DNA of 64,000 nt, from contig CBDFKD010000002.1 in NCBI GenBank assembly GCA_965248695.1, forward strand, positions 4,256,001-4,320,000. Direction: 5' to 3'. Position 1 is the stretch's first letter, and each line of letters starts with the position of its first letter. The notes beneath the pieces were generated by a model. It searched no databases. It was not told where the DNA came from and was given only the letters and a program-made list of their open reading frames with translations. The DNA is from Acidobacteriota bacterium (GTDB taxonomy: Bacteria > Acidobacteriota > UBA890 > WLXD01). The translations under genes and the position numbers were made by a program. This document shows, piece after piece, positions 40,798 through 50,425 of the stretch.

Positions 40798-42737
40798 CAT
40801 CGAAGGGCTTCGCCGCGTTGGCGGCTGCTGCCTACCTGGCGTGGCTGGTCCTGGCGAGTCCCCACACGTCGAAGGCGCTGGTGTTCCTGGTGGGCGCCGC
40901 CCTGTTCTACGCCGGCCTGTGGATGTGGGCGCGACGACGGGCGCAGCTGCATGGGTGGGTCCGCGTCGCGCGAGAGACCGTCGACGTCCAGGTTCTGTGC
41001 CTCGTGCTGGTCTACGGGCTGGCGGTGCTGAGTACCACGCCAGTGGCGATCACCAGCGACGGTTGTCTGTATTTCGGCTACCTGCGCAGCGCGATCTTCG
41101 ACGGCGATCTCGAGATCACCAGCGAGTTGGCGGTGCTGTCGCTGCCGGTGCGTCACCATTCGATGGTCCCGGTGGGGCCGATCATCGTGTGGGCGGTGCC
41201 GTACGCGACGGTCTACCTGGCCGATCAGGCGGGCCGTGCGCTGGCGCTCTGGGACGCTCCGGCGGATCGCACCACCGATGGTCTTACCGGGCCCTACGTT
41301 TGGGCCGTGCTGATTACGTCGTTCCTCATCGGGGCGGCCGGCCTGGTGCTACTGCATCTGAAGCTCCGGGAGCTCTTCCCGCGGCGCATCGCGCTGGTGG
41401 CGACGCTACTGACGTACAGCGCCACGACGCTCGTCTGGTACATGATCTACGAGCCGTCATTGCCACACGCCGCGTCGTTCGGCCTGATAGCGGCGTTCCT
41501 GGTGGCCGCCGAGCGCTGGGCGCGCCACCGGTGCCCGAGCGTGTCGGAAGCCGCGATTCTGGGGACCTTGTTCGGGCTCGCGACGCTTGTTCGGCCACAG
41601 AACGGACTGTTCGGTATTTTCCTGCTCGGCTTTGTCGTATCCGTGCGGGTCATCCCGCGCCTGCGACTACGTCTCGCGGTGACGCCGCGCGTCGTCGCCG
41701 CCTTCCTTGCGCCGTTGATTCCGATGGCACTCCTGCAATGGCGGATGGCGCGCTCCCTGCTGGCCCGGCAGCCGTACTCCCTGGTCGGCGAGCGCGGCTA
41801 TCTGGATTTCTTCGAGTCGCGCTGGTCCGAGGTGCTGTTCTCCTCGTGGCACGGGCTCTTCAGCTGGACACCGGTGACCTACCTGGCTTTCATCGGTACG
41901 CTTGTCTACCTGCGACGCGATCGTCGCTGGGCGGCGCTGGCGCTGACGGTGTTTGCGGCGATGGTTTGGGTGAACGGCAGCCCGATCGATTGGCACGGAG
42001 CCTGGGCCTTTGGTGGCCGTCGGTTCACCAGCACGTTGGTCATCCTGGCGCCGGGGTTGGCCACAATGCTTGCCGTCGTGTGGCGCCGGCCGATGCTACT
42101 GGTGGCGCCGCTGGCAATCGTCGCGGCGTACTGGAACTTCCTGCTGATGGTGCAGTGGAACTTCGACCGGGTGCCGCGGGAACAACCCGTGCGCTTCGAT
42201 CAGTTGAGCCAGGAGCAAGTGCGCCTTTACTACGCCGAGTCGTACTTCTATCCGTTCGCATTCCCCGCCAATCTGTTGTTTAGCTGGCGCGAGGGACTAC
42301 CGCTGGAGAAGTACGATCTGCTAGGTGTGGTGCGGCCCGAGCGCGAGTTCTCTGCGACCTTCGACGAGAGCGTCGACAAGTATCTGCTGAACGGCTGGAG
42401 CTCAGGAGGTTGCGCTCCCGGCATGAGCGACTGTCGCGGCTTCCGACAGGTCGGGGCGATCGCGGTGCCGCTTGACCCGGACGGCGCCAGCACACTCTCG
42501 TTCTCGCTTCGTGCCTGGCTTCTCGCCGCCGGCGAGCCGGCGGAATTGGCCGTCCGCGTCAACGGCGAGCGCGTTGGCAGGCTGCGATTGAGCTCCACTC
42601 CGACGGAGTTCGAGCTCTCGATTCCGGCGGACAGGTTCCGTGTTGGTTTCAACCGCGTACGATTCAGGCTGGACACAGGCACGCGCCGCTCGGGCGACGT
42701 CGGGGTCAGTTCACTACGTGTGAGGCCGAGTGAGTAG
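40794..42737 (+). CDS. Polytopic membrane protein, probable GT-C glycosyltransferase, with a C-terminal soluble beta domain
   Basis: SDGxxYFxYLRSxxFDGD first-loop motif, VRPQN, HGLFSWTP, AFGGRRF; many TM helices. Confidence 0.72.
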   Translation: MTSKGFAALAAAAYLAWLVLASPHTSKALVFLVGAALFYAGLWMWARRRAQLHGWVRVARETVDVQVLCLVLVYGLAVLSTTPVAITSDGCLYFGYLRSAIFDGDLEITSELAVLSLPVRHHSMVPVGPIIVWAVPYATVYLADQAGRALALWDAPADRTTDGLTGPYVWAVLITSFLIGAAGLVLLHLKLRELFPRRIALVATLLTYSATTLVWYMIYEPSLPHAASFGLIAAFLVAAERWARHRCPSVSEAAILGTLFGLATLVRPQNGLFGIFLLGFVVSVRVIPRLRLRLAVTPRVVAAFLAPLIPMALLQWRMARSLLARQPYSLVGERGYLDFFESRWSEVLFSSWHGLFSWTPVTYLAFIGTLVYLRRDRRWAALALTVFAAMVWVNGSPIDWHGAWAFGGRRFTSTLVILAPGLATMLAVVWRRPMLLVAPLAIVAAYWNFLLMVQWNFDRVPREQPVRFDQLSQEQVRLYYAESYFYPFAFPANLLFSWREGLPLEKYDLLGVVRPEREFSATFDESVDKYLLNGWSSGGCAPGMSDCRGFRQVGAIAVPLDPDGASTLSFSLRAWLLAAGEPAELAVRVNGERVGRLRLSSTPTEFELSIPADRFRVGFNRVRFRLDTGTRRSGDVGVSSLRVRPSE

Positions 42738-42779
42738 GCGTGGGCTCACTGGCACGTTCGCCACCGGGAGGGATGGAAG

Positions 42780-43769
42780 GTGACCGCAGGCGCCCCTCGC
42801 TCTGAAGGTGAGCGAAGATCAGTTCCGATCGTCATCCCCGTCTACCGGGGCGCTGGATTGCTCGCCGATCTGGCCAACGAGCTGCGGGCGGCCATTGAGG
42901 ATCTGCAGTACGAATTCGAGATCGTTTTCGTCGAGGATGGAAGCCCCGACGCATCGATCGACGAGCTGCTGCGGCTCGTCGATGTCGACGATCGGATTCG
43001 CGTAGTCGAGCTGGCCGGGAATTTTGGTCAGCATGCGGCACTGAGTGCCGGGTTCGAGCACTCCAGGGGCGACTACATCGTCAGCATGGATGCGGACATG
43101 CAGTTTGACCCGCGGGAGATCTCGGCACTGCTGGCGCCTCTCGATCAGGGCGCCGACTTCGTCAGCGGAATCCGACGCGGGCGGCGCGATCCGCTGGTGC
43201 GGCGTCTGTTCTCGCGCGCGGTGAACTGGATGGCGCAAACACCCGCCGGGGTGCGCCTCGACGATATCGGTTGCCCCTACAACGCGCTGACCCGACAGGT
43301 GGCGAACGACGTGGCCGCCTTCGGCGAGATGCGTCGGTTCCTCAAGCCCACCGTGGCTCGAGTGGCTCGGAAGGTCTCCCAGGTTGAAGTACAGCACCGT
43401 CCGCGACCGGAGGGCAGACGCCGGTCGAGCTACACGCCAACCCGTCTTCTTCGGCTGTTCATGGACTTTGCCAGCGCCAATCTGGTCGATGTGTTCTCGT
43501 GGATCTTCGTGCTCGGACTGGCGGCCGCCGGTCTGCTCGGCGTCGGTTCGGCGCTCCTGGCGGCGGCGGCTGTCGCCGGTCGGGCCACGGCGACTCCGGC
43601 CGTGCTCCTGTTTGCCATGACCGTGCTGGCATTGGCAACGGCGATACTCGGGCTGACCGGCGATTTCGTTCAGCGCACCTATCGGCAAACCAGCGGCCGT
43701 CCGTTGTACCGGGTGCGGCGGGTGCACCAGGGCCCTGACGTGGCCGATGACGCCGGTCAGAGCTGGTAG
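42780..43769 (+). CDS. GT2 polyprenyl-phosphate glycosyltransferase (ArnC/GtrB-like)
   Basis: IVIPVY, EDGSPD, NFGQHAAL, MDADMQ, two C-terminal TMs, RPLY. Confidence 0.88.
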   Translation: MTAGAPRSEGERRSVPIVIPVYRGAGLLADLANELRAAIEDLQYEFEIVFVEDGSPDASIDELLRLVDVDDRIRVVELAGNFGQHAALSAGFEHSRGDYIVSMDADMQFDPREISALLAPLDQGADFVSGIRRGRRDPLVRRLFSRAVNWMAQTPAGVRLDDIGCPYNALTRQVANDVAAFGEMRRFLKPTVARVARKVSQVEVQHRPRPEGRRRSSYTPTRLLRLFMDFASANLVDVFSWIFVLGLAAAGLLGVGSALLAAAAVAGRATATPAVLLFAMTVLALATAILGLTGDFVQRTYRQTSGRPLYRVRRVHQGPDVADDAGQSW

Positions 43770-44758
43770 CCACGTGCGCATAGATACCCTCAGCGCGGAC
43801 CAGCTCTCCGCTCTGGACGGTCTAATCGGGCGCTTTCCGCACAACCCGTATCGCCACTACCGCATCCTTTCCAGACGCCGACAGGCCAACGTGCTCCGCG
43901 CCATGGTGCAGCAACCGGTCGATGCCGGCGCCGGTACCGCGTTCATGGCGGTCGAGAACGACCCCGCTGATCCTCCTGCGGCCTGCGTGCTGCGAACGCT
44001 TCCCTGGGAGACGGAATTCTTCGGCGTGAACATGGCGCGGCTTGAATCGATGCTCGGCAGCGACGCCGCGCCCGGTGCCCTTCGAGGACTCCTCGACGCG
44101 GCAGTAGAGGAGGCGCGGGGAACGGGAATCGAGCACCTGGCAGCGCGTGTCGATATCGCCGACTGCAAGGTAGTCCACATGCTGGAAGATCTCGGGTTTC
44201 GCCTGATGGATACGCTGGTCACATACATCTACGGACACAAGGAGAAGACACCGAAGGACGTGCGCAACATGGGATTGCTACGTCCGTACGAACCGGAGGA
44301 TCGCCAGCAGCTCCTCGAGATCGCCGCCGAGGCCTACGCCGGCTTCAGCGGTCGCTATCACAACGATCCCCATATTGCGGACGAGCGCGCCACGGCGATG
44401 TACGTCGAGTGGGCGCGACGATGTGTCGACGGCGAATGGGCCGAGCGCGTCTTGGTCACCGAGAACGGCCAGGGGCACCTGCACGGCCTTCGCCACCTTC
44501 CGGCGCATCGAACCGCTGTCGAGCGTGGGCGGCGTCGGTGTACAAGGAGGTGGACTCGGCGGGTGCCGGCGCAACCGCCCCGGCGCCTACATGGGTCTGC
44601 TGCAGGGGGCAGCCCAACGGATCCACGGCCAGGGTGCGGTTACCGAGTGTCAGACGCAGAGCTTCAACTTCCCGACGATCCGTCTGTATGAGGCTCTCGG
44701 GCAACGGTTCGTCCGCGCCGAGCACACGTTCCACGTGTGGCTGGGTACGAGCGATTAG
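43747..44758 (+). CDS. WecD/RffC-like tandem GNAT acetyltransferase, with an apparent +1 frameshift at 44487-44488
   Basis: LPWETEFFG, LGFRLMD, RYHNDP..MYVEW; continues in the next frame to TQSFNFPTIRLYEALG. Confidence 0.72.
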
Positions 44759-45044
44759 TGGCCTGTAACAGATGAATCGATAGCGCCGCAGATGGGATTT
44801 GCGGGCGAGATCAAGGCGCGGCGAGGAAGGCGATGCCGCGGCGCATCGTCGACGAGTCGCAACGCCGAGTTCGCCCGCAACTGCCTATCTGTCCGCAGGC
44901 CAACCAGAGCAACAGTGGCGAAATCGGGCCGCCTGCTCTGTTGCTCCTCCTCGGAGATGCACCAACATCGACTCGTCGGAGCGCCTTGCATCCGACCCCA
45001 TTTCGCCACCACGGCACTATCGATTCATCTGTTACAGGCCACTA
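44756..45044. mobile_element. MITE-like non-coding element with 28-bp perfect terminal inverted repeats (including the flanking TA)
   Basis: TAGTGGCCTGTAACAGATGAATCGATAG at 44756-44783 and its reverse complement at 45017-45044; two internal hairpin arms. Confidence 0.8.
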
Positions 45045-46949
45045 GTCGCTCCACTCGTTGCGCTGAACCACCGGTAGTTGCAGCGCCCGCTCACGGTCCA
45101 GGTCGAGTGAGCCGACATGCAGCGACAGCGGTGACTGTACCCACTTGTAGATCGAGCGGGTGAATAGCCGCGCGAACCGTTGCGCCCAGGTGCCCAGCGT
45201 TTCGGCGTCGTGCTCGGGGAAGATCGAGATCAGCGCCCGGTGGATCTCGCCCGGCGACAGCTTCTCGCCGGCGTACAGGTACAGGCAAGCGTCGAGCACC
45301 GCGAAGGGCATGAGCTCGGCCTCGGCCTCTTGCTGCTCGGCGAGCTCCGGCCCAGGCTCGGTTGCGAGCGTCTGGCGGATCCCCTCGAACCCGAAGCGCT
45401 CGAGCAGGCGCTCCAGCAGTGCGACGACGACGGTCTTGGGTACGTTGGCGATGACCGACAGCGCGCCTTCGAGATCGCCCCCGATCGTCGTGTATCCGAC
45501 CGCCTTCTCGCTCATGTCACCGGTTTGCAGGAACAGGGCGCCGGAGCTATTGGCCCAGTTCCACATACGTTGCGCCCGCAGCCGCGCCTGGATGTTCTGT
45601 TCGGTCAGGTCGGTCGGCTCGGCCCCCGCCAGCATCTCGCGGGTTGCCTCCAGCTCGCGATCGAACGCCTCATCGATGGCAAGCGTGCGTAGTTCGACGC
45701 CGAGCTCGTCGCAGATCACAGCGGCCGCATTGCGGGTGCCGTCGGTGGAGAATCGGCTTGGCATGTAGAAGGCCTGAATCAGCCGTCCAGACGCCGCACG
45801 GAGCTCGTCGCCGGATTCGTGGCCGCTGAGCATCTGCACCGACCTCCAGGCGATGAGCAGCGTCAGCAGCGAATCGCGACCACCGGATAGCGCCAGGCCG
45901 AAGCGGCTGAAACACTCCGTCTTGCTGAAGTAGTCCTTGGTCCCGAGCGCAATGGCGTCGAACAGGTCATCGAGCACACGCACCCGGGTACGCACCCGGC
46001 CGGTGGCGACCGGGGGCAGGAAGAAGCTGCGATCCTTCGGGAACGGGTAGGCGAGGGCGCTGCCGTCCGCCACCGGCGCACCGGATACCAGGGCGGGAAC
46101 CGGGAGTGAGTCCTCGAGGAATTCCTCGCAGTCACGGCGCCAGGTGGTGTTCTCGGTGCGTAGCCGGCGGGTGCGATCGAGGTCCACGACACAGCTCGTG
46201 AAGCCTTCGCGGAAACGCGGCGCCAGCAGTTCGCGGCGCCCGTTCTGGAATACGAACCCGCCGCCGTCGTAGATGAAGCCGTCCTGCGCACCGACGGCGT
46301 TCGAATAGGCGAGCGTCACCTGGTTGTCGGCCGAGCGCGTTGCCAACATCTCGCGACGCGTCTCCATGATGCCGACGCGGTACGGAGACGCCGAGATGTT
46401 GACGATCAATTCGGCGCCCGAATAGCAGCGCCTTCGCATCGGGCCGTCCGGTGACCAGACATCCTCGCAAACCTCAACGGCGATGCGCCCGAACTCGAAC
46501 TCGAACAGGTGGTCACCCAGGGGCAGTCCGGCGGCTTCGAGTTGCAGATGCGCGCTGCCACGCGAGAACGTCCGGCCCTCGTAGAAGATGTTGTACGTCG
46601 GCAGCTTCTCCTTGGGAACGAGGCCGAGGATGCGTCCGCCGTGGATCACCGCCGCGGTGTTGAACAGCTGCCCGCCGACCGCCACGGTGAGCCCGACCAC
46701 CAACACCGAGCCGAGCTCTTGCGTATCCGAGGCCAGGCGCTCGAGCTGGTGACGCTGTTCGGCGACGAAGCCGCGCCATTGAATAAGGTCTTCGGGCGGG
46801 TAGCCGCCGATGATCTGCTCGCTGAAGCAGCTGACGGTGACTTCGTCGTCCGCCATGTCCCGAGCACAGGCGATGATCTGGTCGGTGTTGCTGGCGGTCG
46901 CCCCTACGGTTGTGTTGAGGCTGGCAAGGCCGATCTTGATGAGTCGCAT
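45042..46949 (-). CDS. nadE: Glutamine-dependent NAD+ synthetase
   Basis: Nitrilase domain (E, K, CED triad; SASP) plus LSGGRDS, QNIQARLR, SEKAVGY. Confidence 0.93.
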   Translation of the reverse strand: MRLIKIGLASLNTTVGATASNTDQIIACARDMADDEVTVSCFSEQIIGGYPPEDLIQWRGFVAEQRHQLERLASDTQELGSVLVVGLTVAVGGQLFNTAAVIHGGRILGLVPKEKLPTYNIFYEGRTFSRGSAHLQLEAAGLPLGDHLFEFEFGRIAVEVCEDVWSPDGPMRRRCYSGAELIVNISASPYRVGIMETRREMLATRSADNQVTLAYSNAVGAQDGFIYDGGGFVFQNGRRELLAPRFREGFTSCVVDLDRTRRLRTENTTWRRDCEEFLEDSLPVPALVSGAPVADGSALAYPFPKDRSFFLPPVATGRVRTRVRVLDDLFDAIALGTKDYFSKTECFSRFGLALSGGRDSLLTLLIAWRSVQMLSGHESGDELRAASGRLIQAFYMPSRFSTDGTRNAAAVICDELGVELRTLAIDEAFDRELEATREMLAGAEPTDLTEQNIQARLRAQRMWNWANSSGALFLQTGDMSEKAVGYTTIGGDLEGALSVIANVPKTVVVALLERLLERFGFEGIRQTLATEPGPELAEQQEAEAELMPFAVLDACLYLYAGEKLSPGEIHRALISIFPEHDAETLGTWAQRFARLFTRSIYKWVQSPLSLHVGSLDLDRERALQLPVVQRNEWSD

Positions 46950-46988
46950 GGAGGTCCTTGCTTCAGTCGCCGACGAGCGGCGACCGAC

Positions 46989-47837
46989 CTACTCCCGTAA
47001 GACCGTGTCCAGCAGAACGCGTGCCAGTTCCGGCTTCCACAAGCGGCCCTCTCCGCTCTCGATCGTGCGACGCGCGATCTCGGGCGAGAGTGCTGGCCGG
47101 TAGGCACGCTCCGAAGTCAGGACGTTGTAGACATCGCAGATACCGACGATCTGAGCGCCGAGCGGAATGTCCTCGTCAGCCAGGCCGGCCGGGTAGCCGC
47201 TGCCGTCCCAGCGCTCCTGGTGGGATCGCACCAGCGGCACGACGTCGCCGAGATTCGCGAAGTCGCCGAGGATCTCGCCGCCGAATTCCGGGTATTGCTT
47301 CACCAGCGACCACTCCTCGGGGGTCAACTTGCCGCGCTTGTTGAGTACCGATTCTGGCACCCGCAGCTTGCCGATGTCATGCACCAGCGCGGCGATCTCG
47401 ATGCACTCGGCTTCGTCGTCGCTCAACTCGAGATGCTGGGCCATTTTCCGAGCCAGTTCGGCAACGGTGACGGAGTGGCGGGTAATGAAGCTGTCGCGCT
47501 CCTCGACGCTCGTCATGATCTCTTCGAGTCGGGTGCGCAGAGCCTTGCTGTCTCGCGGCTCGTCGGTAACCTCGGCGAGCAGATCTTCGGTGGACGCGGT
47601 GTCGACCGCAGTCGGGGCGTTCTCGGCCTCTACTTGAGTGGGAAGAGCTGTGCCGCCTATGGAGGCCGCGGCTGCCGGCACTCCGCCCGACAGCATCAGA
47701 CGCAGCGCGTCGGCGATGACCTCGCTGGGCTCCTTGGCCGACTGCTCGCACAGGTCCTCGACCCGCGCCCACAGACGGCTGGGAACGTACACGACCTGCT
47801 CGACGAAGCCACCCGGCTTCCTCGTTCCTTTGGACAC
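46989..47837 (-). CDS. HD-GYP domain protein with a small N-terminal domain
   Basis: HDIGK, HQERWDGSGYP, DVYNVLTSERAYR. GTG start at 47837 with GGAGA SD. Confidence 0.88.
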   Translation of the reverse strand: MSKGTRKPGGFVEQVVYVPSRLWARVEDLCEQSAKEPSEVIADALRLMLSGGVPAAAASIGGTALPTQVEAENAPTAVDTASTEDLLAEVTDEPRDSKALRTRLEEIMTSVEERDSFITRHSVTVAELARKMAQHLELSDDEAECIEIAALVHDIGKLRVPESVLNKRGKLTPEEWSLVKQYPEFGGEILGDFANLGDVVPLVRSHQERWDGSGYPAGLADEDIPLGAQIVGICDVYNVLTSERAYRPALSPEIARRTIESGEGRLWKPELARVLLDTVLRE

Positions 47838-47917
47838 AAGTCTTCTCCACGCGCAGGCGAGCAAGAACAGCCTGGGCTGCACTGGACTTTCTTCGTTGCT
47901 TGGCTATGCTGCGGCCC

Positions 47918-48337
47918 ATGATACCTCTACGGGACCACCGCGCCGTAACGATTTCGATCGTCGGCGTGCTGCTGAGCGCCGCGAGTGCCTGCGCCACGAT
48001 CCACCCCCATCTGGCCCCGATCGATGACGATCAGATACGGGTCGAGATCCACGACGCGCTCCAGCAGGACGATCGCATCGACGCGGAGACGATCAGCGTC
48101 GAATCGCGCGACGGCGTCGTGATCCTCGCCGGCGTAGCGGCCTCGGTGGACGAGGTCCGACGCGCGCTGCGGCACGCCGGTCGAGTGCGCGGGGTGCAAC
48201 AGGTCGTGAACCGCCTGCGCGTGATCCCCAACGGTGCCCCGTCGAGGAGCTCTGACGCTGAGATCGCCAGCAACCCCCACGCGCCCAACGGGTTACGGCG
48301 TAACCAGACCCACCCGAGTTCTTCAGCACCCTGCTAG
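47918..48337 (+). CDS. BON-domain lipoprotein
   Basis: Lipobox-like ASA-C; DDQI...I.V...GVV.L.G...V.GV..V.N.L. Confidence 0.82.
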   Translation: MIPLRDHRAVTISIVGVLLSAASACATIHPHLAPIDDDQIRVEIHDALQQDDRIDAETISVESRDGVVILAGVAASVDEVRRALRHAGRVRGVQQVVNRLRVIPNGAPSRSSDAEIASNPHAPNGLRRNQTHPSSSAPC

Positions 48338-48900
48338 AGCAACTTCAGCGCCTGCACGATAAGCAGCGCGACCATGACGGCGACGGTGCGTAGCTCGCGG
48401 TTGTCACGCGCCTGCTGCCAGGAAAATGGCGAGCGCTCGTCGGCGTTGTCCTCCCATGGGTCGCCAGGACGGGTGCCCGGAACCAGTCGCGGTACCCGCT
48501 CGAGGTACTCCTTGTATTCGGCGCCGAACAGCGACTGGAGCCGCAATTCCTCGACGTGCATCGTCGGCAGGTAAAACCCCGCATAGAGCACGGCGAAGCC
48601 GGCCAGCCAGATCGGCGCGCGCAAAGCCAGCGCGGCCAACCCCAATCCGATGAGAAGGCTGCCGAGGTAGAGCGGGTTGCGCACGTGTCGGTACGGTCCT
48701 CCGCGCGTCAACTCGACGTTGCGGACGAGGTGGCCGCACGCCCAAACGCGTATCGCTTCGCCGGCTGCGACGAACGCCGCGCCGAGCATGAAACGCTCGG
48801 CGGAAGTACGGCTGAGGGCGACATACAGCAGCGCGAACAGGATGCCGGCGTGTACGCGATGGTGCGCCGCCCAGGCCCTCCATCGTTCGATCAGGCGCAT
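48334..48900 (-). CDS. ICMT/PEMT-family integral membrane methyltransferase
   Basis: IRVWACG, LTRGGPYRHVRNPLYLG, EE..L...FG..Y..Y...VPR. Confidence 0.88.
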   Translation of the reverse strand: MRLIERWRAWAAHHRVHAGILFALLYVALSRTSAERFMLGAAFVAAGEAIRVWACGHLVRNVELTRGGPYRHVRNPLYLGSLLIGLGLAALALRAPIWLAGFAVLYAGFYLPTMHVEELRLQSLFGAEYKEYLERVPRLVPGTRPGDPWEDNADERSPFSWQQARDNRELRTVAVMVALLIVQALKLL

Positions 48901-48902
48901 CC

Positions 48903-49946
48903 CTACGAATCCGGATTCAGGCGCGCGAGCCCCGCCTCAACGATCTGCTGGGCCGAGATCGCGTCGAGGCAGGCATTGGTGCCGAGTGGGCAGCGCCGTT
49001 GATGGCAATGCGAGCACTCCAAGCGCTCGCAAACTACCTTGTCCATAGGTGCCAGGGGACCGAGGCGAGTCGGATCGGTGGGGCCGAACAGTGCCACGGA
49101 GGGTGCCCCACAGGCTACCGCGAGATGCAACGGGGCGCTGTCTCCTCCGATGAACAACGCGGCGCGCTCGAGCAATGCGCTGAGCTGTGGCAGCGTGGTA
49201 CGGATTGAGGCGTGGCTGCCGTTGCCCGCAGTGTCCGCCAGCGAGCGCGTTGTTGCCTGTTCCCCTGGCCCCCATGTCCAGATCACCGGACGGCCGGTGT
49301 GCCCATGCAACTCACGCGCGACGCTCACCAGCCGCTCCGGTTGATAGCGCTTGCTCTGCCAGTTTGCCGCCGGATGTAGCACGATCGGACGGCGGCCTCC
49401 GAGCCCGTCGAGGTAAGCGTCGATATACGTGGCGTCGTCGGACGAGGCAAGCGTCGGCCACTCCACTCCGGACTGCGACGCCCCCGCCTCGTGTGCCAGG
49501 TGCAGGTACCGGTGCACGACGTGACCGTCCGTGGGTGCTACGGCTGTGCTTTGATACATGCTTGCTGCCCAGGGCTCGCGCGCCGATGAACGCGCCCAGC
49601 CCAGCGTGCGGGATGCACCCAGTCGAGCCACAACGGCCGACTTCAACAGCCCTTGGAAATCAATCGCCAGCTGATAGCGCTCCGCCCGCAGAGCGCCGAG
49701 GTGGCTGCGGATCGCCCGCACCACGGTGGGCGTGATCCACCGCCGCCGCCACGCCTGGATATCGAGCTCATGCACCAGCAGTGGCCCCGGCAGGCGGCGC
49801 ACGAGCTCGGCGGCGGCGTGTTCAACGGCCCACCCGAATCGCGTCGCCGGCCACGCCTGTCGCAGCGCCAGATAAGCGGGGAACGTATGGATGACGTCGC
49901 CGATCGAGCTCAGGCGCACGATCAGAACACTCTCGGGTGCGCTCAC
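48903..49946 (-). CDS. waaC: LPS heptosyltransferase I (GT9)
   Basis: [34 protein letters not shown]. Confidence 0.85.
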   Translation of the reverse strand: MSAPESVLIVRLSSIGDVIHTFPAYLALRQAWPATRFGWAVEHAAAELVRRLPGPLLVHELDIQAWRRRWITPTVVRAIRSHLGALRAERYQLAIDFQGLLKSAVVARLGASRTLGWARSSAREPWAASMYQSTAVAPTDGHVVHRYLHLAHEAGASQSGVEWPTLASSDDATYIDAYLDGLGGRRPIVLHPAANWQSKRYQPERLVSVARELHGHTGRPVIWTWGPGEQATTRSLADTAGNGSHASIRTTLPQLSALLERAALFIGGDSAPLHLAVACGAPSVALFGPTDPTRLGPLAPMDKVVCERLECSHCHQRRCPLGTNACLDAISAQQIVEAGLARLNPDS

Positions 49947-50425
49947 CGCTGGCTCATACGAAGTCGGTCGATCAGCTCGCCGGTGCTATGCCGCTTGGCG
50001 TCGCCGACGATGGCGACGCGTCCCCCGATACCTTCGACAGCGTCGGATTCAGGGACCCCGTCGGCGTAGTCGGTTCCCTTGCAGTGCACGTCGGGTCGCA
50101 ACTCGCGAATGAGGCGGTGGGCCGTCGGCTCCGGAAATATGGTCACCATGTCGACGCTGCGCAGTGCCGCGACCATCTCTGCCCGGGCAGCCGCCGGCAG
50201 GAACGGGCGCTCGGGCCCCTTGAGCTCCGCCACGGTGGCGTCGTCGTTGATGCCAACCACGAGCACGTCGGCCTCCGACGCCGCTGCGGCGAGGTAGCGG
50301 ACGTGGCCCACGTGCAGCATGTCGAAGCAGCCGTTGGCGAGCGCGACGGTGGCGCCGCGCTGGCGCTGCTGCTGCGCCCAAGTGGAGGCGGCAGATGCCG
50401 CGAGGATCGGAGCGGCGACGCTCAC
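49943..50425 (-). CDS. rfaE2: ADP-heptose synthase adenylyltransferase (HldC/RfaE2)
   Basis: [30 protein letters not shown]. Confidence 0.9.
   Translation of the reverse strand: MSVAAPILAASAASTWAQQQRQRGATVALANGCFDMLHVGHVRYLAAAASEADVLVVGINDDATVAELKGPERPFLPAAARAEMVAALRSVDMVTIFPEPTAHRLIRELRPDVHCKGTDYADGVPESDAVEGIGGRVAIVGDAKRHSTGELIDRLRMSQR

Noticed and set aside
44792-45163. Short ORFs inside the MITE-like element as transposase or peptide genes
   Set aside because: No DDE or HUH motifs; the frames are by-products of the inverted-repeat structure.
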